Assembly (NCBI GenBank): GCA_965197645.1
Contig: OZ240219.1
Location: 1,760,001 to 1,824,000 of the forward strand
Reading direction: 5' to 3'
DNA: 64,000 nucleotides
Source of the DNA: Dehalococcoidia bacterium
GTDB taxonomy: Bacteria; Chloroflexota; Dehalococcoidia; Plut-88900
How positions within the stretch are numbered: the first letter of the stretch is position 1; every line of letters begins with the position of its first letter. Both the position numbers and the translations under genes were made by a program. The notes under the pieces were generated by a model. That model saw nothing but the letters and a program-made list of their open reading frames with translations. It was not told where the DNA came from and ran no database searches. This document shows, piece by piece, positions 56,960 through 64,000 of this stretch.

Positions 56960-57709
56960 ATGAGTTTGGACGGTAAGATCGTAGTCATTACCGGGGCCAG
57001 CCGAGGCATAGGGCAGGCCCTCGCCATCGGTTTCGCTGCAGAAGGCGCCACCGTGGTGGCCGCGGCGCGGACCCTCCGTCCCGCCTCTGGGGTCGCCGAA
57101 GGGTCGCTGGAAGAGACCGTAAACCGGATCACCGGTTCGGGCGGCAAGGCGCTGGCCATACCCTGCGACATGAGGGTAGAGTCGGAGATCAAGACCCTGG
57201 TGGATCGCACCCTGTCCGAGGCGGGACCGATAGACGTCCTCATCAATAACGCCGCCATCAGCCACCAGGGCGACTTGGATAGCCTTTCGGTGGAAGAGTT
57301 CGACGCGGTGATGTCGGTCAACCTACGGGGCCCATTCATCACCTGCAAATACGTAGCGCCGGGGATGATGGAACGCCGGCGCGGCAACATCATGAACCTG
57401 ACTTCGCGCAATGCCATATGGGACTCGCCGGAGGACCTGGCTTACGCCCCTTCGAAAGCCGCTCTGGATCGGTTCTCACGGAACTTGGCCGAGGACCTGA
57501 GGCCTTACAACATAGCGGTCAACGCTCTCAGCCCGGGCCTGGTCACCTCCTATATGACCCGGAACTGGGATCCCTCCGATAACCCGCGAGGGCTGGAGAT
57601 ATCTCCGCCCGAGGAGGTGTTGCCGGCGACGCTGTGGCTGGCCCAGCAGGATGCTTCCTTCACCGGGCATGTGTTGCTCAGGAACGATTTCGGCAAGACC
57701 TGGCCGTAG
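56960..57709 (+). CDS. Short-chain dehydrogenase/reductase
   Basis: TGASRGIG, NNAA, YAPSK. Confidence 0.92.
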   Translation: MSLDGKIVVITGASRGIGQALAIGFAAEGATVVAAARTLRPASGVAEGSLEETVNRITGSGGKALAIPCDMRVESEIKTLVDRTLSEAGPIDVLINNAAISHQGDLDSLSVEEFDAVMSVNLRGPFITCKYVAPGMMERRRGNIMNLTSRNAIWDSPEDLAYAPSKAALDRFSRNLAEDLRPYNIAVNALSPGLVTSYMTRNWDPSDNPRGLEISPPEEVLPATLWLAQQDASFTGHVLLRNDFGKTWP

Positions 57710-57735
57710 CAGGTTTAGGAAAAACTCTTCCGACC

Positions 57736-57866
57736 ATCCCCCTGGCCCCCTTCCTGGACAGGAAGGGGGGGTAAAAAGATATAATTTCTGAGGGACACCC
57801 CTTCGGCTGGCTCAGGGCAGGCTCTCAGACTCCCGACAAAGGGGCTTTCGCCCCTCTGCACACCCC
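57736..57866. repeat. Composite palindromic intergenic repeat (REP/MITE-like)
   Basis: Hairpins CCCCCTTCCTG-GA-CAGGAAGGGGG and AGGGGC-TTTC-GCCCCT; lies between convergent genes. Confidence 0.55.
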
Positions 57867-57973
57867 ATAATTCACTAGCCAGTTGGTGGACCGGCTGGAG
57901 TGAGTGCGGACTCGGAGCGAAAGGCTCCCTTCGAGGACACGGCTGTTTCGGTCGCCGGGTAGGGCCTCAGTGA

Positions 57974-59302
57974 CTAATCCGCGTACGTCTCCTCTTTGAA
58001 CATGCTGCGCATTAGGGAGAGGTAGCCCTGCTTGTTGAGGGGCGCCTGATAGGTATCTGCTATCTCCCTGGCACGGCGCCCGCCATCGACAAGGAGGTCT
58101 ATGACGGTCATGGCCATGGCCTTGGCGCCCTTCAACACGCCCAGGTCGTAGTCCTGCACCAGGTAGTCGTTGCCGTGGCCGTTGCCCGATGCCGCCACTA
58201 CGTAAGGATGGATGACGGGCATTATCTGCGATACGTCACCCATATCGGTCGAGCCTGTGCGGTGCCCAAGCCGCGCCAGGCTCTCCTCACCGACGAGTGC
58301 GGAGGCGTTGGCTCGATATAGCTCCAGCATGCTCTCATCGCTTTGGATGGGAAGATAGCCGGGCAGCGTCGTGATGGTCACGCTGGCGCCCATGGCGATG
58401 GCCCCGGCCCTCAGAGCGCGGTCGACCTTTTCACTGGCCGATAGAAATGCCTCGATGGTCTTACCCCGGACGAAGGTCTCCATTCGTACGTCCGCCGGCA
58501 CGGAGCTGACGGCGACGCCGCCCCGGGTGATTATCGGATGGATGCGAATGGTGTCCTCGTCCCGATAGGTCTCGCGCTGGGCGTGAATGGCGGAGAGAGC
58601 GATCATGGCGGCGTTGAGGGCGTTGACCCCCAGGTGGGGCGCACCCCCGGCATGGGCGGCACGCCCCTCGAACTGGATCCTCTTGGCCACAATGCCGTTG
58701 TTGGTTCCGCCAAAGGCGATCTTGCCCTCGTTCGGGTTGCTGGAGGTGTGGGTCATCATGGCCATGTCCACGTCATCAAGCGCTCCGTGACGAATAAACT
58801 CAGGCTTGCCTCCGAGAAACTCCAGCTTGCCCTCGCGCCTGAGCTCGTCCCGGTACTCGATCTCGATGTACTCTTCAGCGGGCACGGCTATCAAGGCTAC
58901 TCGGCCCGCGAGACCCTCCATCACGCCCGCGGCCTTGAGACCCATCCCTACCCCCAGCATCATGCCGATCTGGCAGTGATGGCCACAGGCGTGAGCGGCG
59001 CTGGTGATGGGGTCGGCATGAGGATGGCCCAACACTTTCAGGGAATCGAGCTCGCCCATGACGGCCACCGTCGGCCCGGGCGTGCCGCTGTCCAACGCGC
59101 CCTTCAGACCGGTGATGCCGATGCCGTCCTGGAAAGGGACGCCCATTCCACGAAACGTTTCGGCAACAAGTCGAGAGGTCTTCTCCTCTCGAAAGCCCGG
59201 CTCCGGATTGTCCAGGATCGTCTTGGCGATCCGGACAAGTTCGTCGCCACGACGGTCTATCTCCGCCTGTGCAACGGCCTTCATCTCCTCGGGAGTCGGC
59301 AT
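57974..59302 (-). CDS. M20-family amidohydrolase
   Basis: NPEPGFRE, ELDSL, HACGH, PAEE, GRAAHAG, GSTDMGD. Confidence 0.88.
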   Translation of the reverse strand: MPTPEEMKAVAQAEIDRRGDELVRIAKTILDNPEPGFREEKTSRLVAETFRGMGVPFQDGIGITGLKGALDSGTPGPTVAVMGELDSLKVLGHPHADPITSAAHACGHHCQIGMMLGVGMGLKAAGVMEGLAGRVALIAVPAEEYIEIEYRDELRREGKLEFLGGKPEFIRHGALDDVDMAMMTHTSSNPNEGKIAFGGTNNGIVAKRIQFEGRAAHAGGAPHLGVNALNAAMIALSAIHAQRETYRDEDTIRIHPIITRGGVAVSSVPADVRMETFVRGKTIEAFLSASEKVDRALRAGAIAMGASVTITTLPGYLPIQSDESMLELYRANASALVGEESLARLGHRTGSTDMGDVSQIMPVIHPYVVAASGNGHGNDYLVQDYDLGVLKGAKAMAMTVIDLLVDGGRRAREIADTYQAPLNKQGYLSLMRSMFKEETYAD

Positions 59303-59706
59303 GATAGCTCCTGTGGGGCACTTCCCATAGTGGATTGTGGTGTATCGGTGGCCGTCGCGCCGGTCACGAAACAGTGGAACAAGCAGATTGTAGCAGGGCG
59401 CCAGCTGAGAGGCCAGAAAGGAAGAAGGCGACCATCATAGACGAGATGGTCCGGGGTACCGGCCGCCATCGCACGTAGCGCTGCACATCTCCGGTCCTGG
59501 GCTCGGAGTGGGCCAAGTGACCGCTCCGGCAGCGTCTACTTCTGCTCAGCATGGCGCTGGTCTGATTGTTGACCGAGTTATAGGTTTCCAATAAGCTGGC
59601 TTCATTGAGCCCAATAGACACCAGTGCGGGAACTATTCATGCCGAGAGTTCCGACTCGGAAGGGCTGCAATCCGGGCGAGCCGCCATCTAGAAAGGAGCG
59701 TACCGA

Positions 59707-60456
59707 TTGAAGAGTCTGGATAACGAAAAAAAAGAGGAACAGGGGAAGGCGGCGCGTTTGGTCGGAGCGGTAGAACGCCATTTTCAAGGTAGGGTTCTCG
59801 CCGGACTGTTGGAGCTCGTTCCCCTGATAGTCACTGTCATAGTTCTTCTGTTCATCATCACCAAGGCCGATGCCTATGTAAGGGCACTGCCCTTTGTGAA
59901 GGATGAACCCTGGGATGTGACGGGAATAGGAATAGCCTCCCTTGTGGCTGCATTCTATTTGATAGGGTTGCTCATTACTTTCCGCATCGGCAGATGGCTC
60001 ATTACCCTTATTGGGGTGATCCTGCTAAGAGTACCGGTGCTCAAGGTCATCTACAGGGTCATGCTCCAGGTCACCAGTGTACTGGTCTCCGATTACGGGT
60101 TCAGCAGAGTAGTGTTCATAGAGTGGCCGCGTGAAGGCATGGTGGCCATGGGTTTCGTCACAGGCCGCGTGCTAGCCAAGGACGGCGATCATTCCCTTGT
60201 CAGCGTGTACATCCCCACAGTACCCAATCCCACCTCCGGCAACATGGCCTTTGTCCATGAAGACGATGTACTGGAAACGGACCTCAGCGTGGACGCAGCC
60301 ATGAAACTGGTCTTTTCCGGTGGGTTCGTTATCCCGCACAATCTGTCCATGGCCCGAGTCCCCAGGACCGACGCCAAATTCAATGCCGAGTTCCTCGGGG
60401 CCTTCGAATCGGAAAGCAGCGTGAGGGCCCGGGAGTCCCAAGAGCAGGGCTCTTAA
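59707..60456 (+). CDS. DUF502 membrane protein
   Basis: GLL..VPL..T, VVFIEWPREG, VYIPTVPNPTSG, LSVDAAMKLVFSGG. Confidence 0.85.
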   Translation: MKSLDNEKKEEQGKAARLVGAVERHFQGRVLAGLLELVPLIVTVIVLLFIITKADAYVRALPFVKDEPWDVTGIGIASLVAAFYLIGLLITFRIGRWLITLIGVILLRVPVLKVIYRVMLQVTSVLVSDYGFSRVVFIEWPREGMVAMGFVTGRVLAKDGDHSLVSVYIPTVPNPTSGNMAFVHEDDVLETDLSVDAAMKLVFSGGFVIPHNLSMARVPRTDAKFNAEFLGAFESESSVRARESQEQGS

Positions 60457-60543
60457 GCCGAGAACGAATCGAGCTTGCTTAGCGAAGCAACGCACCATTG
60501 CAGTGAGCGACACCACATATCCTAGATTCTGGGCCTGGAGCGG

Positions 60544-61956
60544 TTACCCGGCCCGCTCCGGCCACACCGGCTCGTTGTAGCCGAGGGGCACAGCGGGCCG
60601 AGCCCAGCGCGGGGGTGTCTCGGAGAGACGGACCACCGGTCCCAGATGGTGCAGCCGGCCCACGGGCGTATCACTGGCTATCGTCCAGCGTTCCAACTCC
60701 GCGGGAGTGAACTCCTCCGGCACGGTCTTGAGCTCGGCAGCTGGCATTTCACCCCGTTCGACGAGCCAGCGTCCGGTCTGCGCCAGGGAGACACGCACCA
60801 GCCAGCTTCCTCCCTCGCGCCAGCGACGGGCCAAGGCCACCATCGCGCCGAACGCCATCAGATAGCCGCTCAGATAGTCGATTGCCGACGCCGGATAGAA
60901 TTGGGGGCCAGGTTCATCGCCCGGGAACAGCTTCTCCTGCCGCATGGTTATGCCGCTGACCGTCTGCACCACAGTGTCGAAGCCGCGCCGCCGCGCCCAC
61001 GGCCCAACGTGTCCGAAAGCTGACAGCGAAACGTAGACGATGCCAGGCCGCAGTTGCGCCAGAGCCTCGGGCGAGAGCCCCCGCTCGTCGAGGGTCCCTG
61101 GCCGGTAGCCCTGTGAGAGTACATCGGTCTCACGGACCAATCCGAGAAGAGTCTGAAAGTCCTCCGGTTCTCGTAGGTCCAGCTGAGCGGAGAGCTTGCC
61201 GTGGCTGGTGTCGTATTCCTGGTAGCCGATGTCCGGCAGGTGCGCTCCGGTGATCTTCAGCACGTCGGCGCCGTGCTCGGCGAGGGTGCGAGCACAGGTC
61301 GGCCCGGCGAGGACCCGCGTCAGGTCGAGCACCCGGATGCCCGACAACGGCCGGTCCCCGTCAGGGAGCCTTTCGGGCGGACTATCGCCTATCTTGACTA
61401 TCTCCATCAACGGCAACGAGGCGATTGCCGCTGCCTGCGGGTGCCGTGACCATTCCTCCATGGTACGGACCATGCCCCCGGCGCCCTTTGCGGCGATGAT
61501 CGCTTCCTCCAGCTCCAGGGCGTCCCAGTTCGCCACCGCCGCCCGTACCGCATCGCGGTCGTTTGGCACGTCGAGCACCTCGAGGGCTGCGGCAAGATGA
61601 TTGGGGAATTTGCAGTGGAGGTAGCTCCAACGGCCGTTCCTGGCTGGATAGACGCCCATTACCGCGTCGCTCTCCATCGGTGCGGGCGTCTCGTCCATCC
61701 GTAGGTATTGCCCACTTCTCAGCGAGGCGGTCGCCTGCCGGGTATCGACCGCGATCCCCTGGCGACGCCCTGTGCGTAAATGCCACAGATCGGAGACGGC
61801 AAGGCCGACCGCCGCTAGCGTGGCTGCACTGGTCTCACCGAAGCGGAAGGGTGTTGGCAGTATCGGATCGGTACCACCGGAGATTTCGACGGTGAGGGCG
61901 TTCTGTTCAGGCCAACCGGCGAAGGGTAATAGCGTGCGCAAAGCATCATTGATCAT
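60544..61956 (-). CDS. Class III CoA-transferase (CaiB-like, long form)
   Basis: PLSGIRVLDLTRVLAGPTCARTLAEHGADVL, GYRPG, RGFD. Confidence 0.85.
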   Translation of the reverse strand: MINDALRTLLPFAGWPEQNALTVEISGGTDPILPTPFRFGETSAATLAAVGLAVSDLWHLRTGRRQGIAVDTRQATASLRSGQYLRMDETPAPMESDAVMGVYPARNGRWSYLHCKFPNHLAAALEVLDVPNDRDAVRAAVANWDALELEEAIIAAKGAGGMVRTMEEWSRHPQAAAIASLPLMEIVKIGDSPPERLPDGDRPLSGIRVLDLTRVLAGPTCARTLAEHGADVLKITGAHLPDIGYQEYDTSHGKLSAQLDLREPEDFQTLLGLVRETDVLSQGYRPGTLDERGLSPEALAQLRPGIVYVSLSAFGHVGPWARRRGFDTVVQTVSGITMRQEKLFPGDEPGPQFYPASAIDYLSGYLMAFGAMVALARRWREGGSWLVRVSLAQTGRWLVERGEMPAAELKTVPEEFTPAELERWTIASDTPVGRLHHLGPVVRLSETPPRWARPAVPLGYNEPVWPERAG

Positions 61957-62148
61957 GATCGAAACCCGTCCCTTCATAACCCGAGGTGCACTCATCCCAG
62001 CGGATCACTCAATTTTACCCCGGTTGTGAATGTCGGGCGACCGGCCTGACAAGTCCGTTGACCTCTTTGCTCGCATCTGTTGGAATGTGCTATGCTCGCA
62101 ATCGGATCATCCTGGAAGTGTTGGCGATAAGACGCGGGGAGGTTCAGC

Positions 62149-63537
62149 ATGCCCGTACAGAGATTCAAGCCCATGATGAAGGACTACCCGACCTTCGATT
62201 GCGATGCCCACGTAGTTGAGCCGGCCAAGCTGTGGGAGAGAGCGGAAGACCACCTCACCAGGGACGAGCTGGAAGCGCTGAAAGCCACCATGTGGTACGA
62301 CTCCGAGCGCAAGCAGCTGATTATCAACGGGAAGACCAACGTAGCCCAGTTCTTCCCGGAACCGGCAGTTGGTCCCGGAACTATGGATATCGTCAGGCTG
62401 GCGGGGCCCGGCCTAAATCATGACGTCCAGCGGGCCCTGAATGTGCGCAACCTCGACCCCGAAACTGCCCTCAGTCAGGAGCAGTCGGAGTATCTGGCCC
62501 ATAGAGGAGCCGAGGAGCCTCAACCTCGGCTTCGGGATATGGATGTCCAGGGCATCGACCAGGTGATGTTGATCCCCACCTGCATAGATGACTATCCCTG
62601 GCTGCAGAACGCCGTCGGGGCCCGGGCCATGTGCAAGGCCTACAACGAGTGGGCCTACGAATACTGCCAGGAAGACCCGGAGCGTCTTTTCTTCGCCGCT
62701 CTCGTCCCCATGCAAAGCCCCCAGTTCGCCATAGAGGAGATATACCGGGTGGCGGCCCAGGGTTGCAGGGTAGCCTTGGTCCGCCCCATGGACGCCATGG
62801 GCAACTATCCCCTTCAGCCCAAGTATGAGCCGGTCTGGGATGCCCTGGAGGACACGGGCGTGGTCTACGGCATGCACCCCTTCGCGGCCTTCGGCGTGTC
62901 CAAATTGCCGGGCTACTCCGAGCAGTACTCGGCGGCGGAGATGATCGATCTGGCTATGACCAGGTCCGATCTCCCTCATACCTTCCTGGGGAACGTCCAG
63001 GCATTCCAGGCCGAGGCAGGTCTCTGGGTTACCATGGTGCTGCTCTCGGGCCTCTTCGAGCGCCGGCCCGGAATAAATGCCGCCGTGTTCGAGGCGTCCT
63101 CCACCTGGCTCAGCTTCCTGCTGGATGAGTGCGACAAGATCTACAAGCTGAACCGAAATGATCGCCGGATGCCTCCTTTGAAGCAGCTTCCCAGCGAGAC
63201 CTTCTTCGAGCATTGCGTCACCGGCTTCGAGGGCGATGAGGCGCCGCCGTCTCGCTTCCCCGAGTTCTATCGGGACATCCTAGCCTGGGCCTCGGACGTC
63301 TATCACCATGACGGCGACGACGCCTGGCGGGCCCTCGATACGATGCTGCAGTGCGAGCTGCCCGTAGAAGACCAGGCCAAGTTCCTGGGTGGCAACGCCC
63401 GCCGTCTTTACAACATCGAGCCGCCCAAGAGCTTCATCCGTGAACGGGTAACCGAGATCGAACGGCCCGACTGGTGGCCCACCGAGGAGGAGATCAAAGA
63501 CGCTCTCAGAGCGGAGGCTTCCGTCCCAAGTCGGTAG
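62149..63537 (+). CDS. Amidohydrolase family protein
   Basis: FDCDAHVVEP, MDVQGID, MHP, WASDVYHHD, GGNARRLY. Confidence 0.85.
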   Translation: MPVQRFKPMMKDYPTFDCDAHVVEPAKLWERAEDHLTRDELEALKATMWYDSERKQLIINGKTNVAQFFPEPAVGPGTMDIVRLAGPGLNHDVQRALNVRNLDPETALSQEQSEYLAHRGAEEPQPRLRDMDVQGIDQVMLIPTCIDDYPWLQNAVGARAMCKAYNEWAYEYCQEDPERLFFAALVPMQSPQFAIEEIYRVAAQGCRVALVRPMDAMGNYPLQPKYEPVWDALEDTGVVYGMHPFAAFGVSKLPGYSEQYSAAEMIDLAMTRSDLPHTFLGNVQAFQAEAGLWVTMVLLSGLFERRPGINAAVFEASSTWLSFLLDECDKIYKLNRNDRRMPPLKQLPSETFFEHCVTGFEGDEAPPSRFPEFYRDILAWASDVYHHDGDDAWRALDTMLQCELPVEDQAKFLGGNARRLYNIEPPKSFIRERVTEIERPDWWPTEEEIKDALRAEASVPSR

Positions 63538-63586
63538 TCAGAGAGCGTAAGGGGAGACTGGGAATGAGCTCCCGGAGAGAGGGGTA

Positions 63587-64000
63587 ATGACCTCGAAGAA
63601 GCGCTTTGCAGTCTTTGACGCCGACTCCCACGTCGTAGAGCCTCGCGATGTCTGGGAGCGGTACCTAGAGCCCGAGTACCGCACCCTGGGCAAACACGCC
63701 TTGTGGAGAGAGGAAGGAAAGACCACTTCCTACCTCAAAGTCAACGGCGAAGTGTTCCGAGACACCGGGAACCCCAACATCCCCCGATATGCCATATGGC
63801 GGCCCGGCACTACCTGGGAGGAGATAGGGCAGCTGGACCCGGATGTCCGCCATCCCAAGAACGAGGGCGCCTGGGACCCTCGGGCCCGGCTCGCCGACAT
63901 GGACGCAATGGGGGTGGACCAGGCGTTTCTCTACCCCACCTGGTTCGCCGAAGGCTTTCACCTGGTGAAAGACCCGGACGTGGCTTACGCCCTGGCGAGG
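63587..64000 (+). CDS. Amidohydrolase family protein (runs off the window)
   Basis: Manual translation MTSKKRFAVFDADSHVVEPRDVWERYL...ARLADMDAMGVDQAFLYPT. Confidence 0.8.
   Translation, partial: MTSKKRFAVFDADSHVVEPRDVWERYLEPEYRTLGKHALWREEGKTTSYLKVNGEVFRDTGNPNIPRYAIWRPGTTWEEIGQLDPDVRHPKNEGAWDPRARLADMDAMGVDQAFLYPTWFAEGFHLVKDPDVAYALAR

Noticed and set aside
57881-57970. TTGGTGGACCGG resembling an antisense tRNA 3' end or att remnant, followed by a GAAA-loop hairpin
   Set aside because: No T-loop or cloverleaf can be built and no integrase is nearby.
59320-59700. Short ORFs or ncRNA in the M20/DUF502 divergent intergenic region
   Set aside because: No RBS-supported ORF with a recognisable motif and no clear RNA family signature.

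Overview
High-GC bacterial chromosome segment, most consistent with Chloroflexota/Dehalococcoidia (SAR202-like, possibly host/sponge-associated). This is inferred from the 11-subunit complex I, expanded amidohydrolase and CoA-transferase families, Gram-positive-type SOS boxes and a repeat-rich surface protein. Core genes include sdhA (partial), nadK, nuoABCDHIJKLMN without nuoEFG, hppA, thiE/thiL, rnhB, mnmA, rsfS, ndk, tsaB/tsaE, sucCD and an SOS-controlled imuB-dnaE2 cassette. The most striking part is a ~12 kb island (31.5-43.4 kb) bracketed by two convergent tRNA genes (Lys-CTT and Ala-GGC). Each tRNA has a related large serine recombinase whose reading frame has no stop of its own and runs antisense through the tRNA from the CCA end. 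A candidate attR at ~42.16 kb would, on excision, give the left recombinase a short C-terminus (GGAEC-stop), so the att site appears to lie inside the integrase gene. The island carries a PAPS-reductase-like gene, HTH regulators, two visible deletion scars and a 1630-aa secreted arylsulfatase embedded in near-identical 288-bp repeats. All calls come from reading the sequence and ORF track by eye; no database searches were run.
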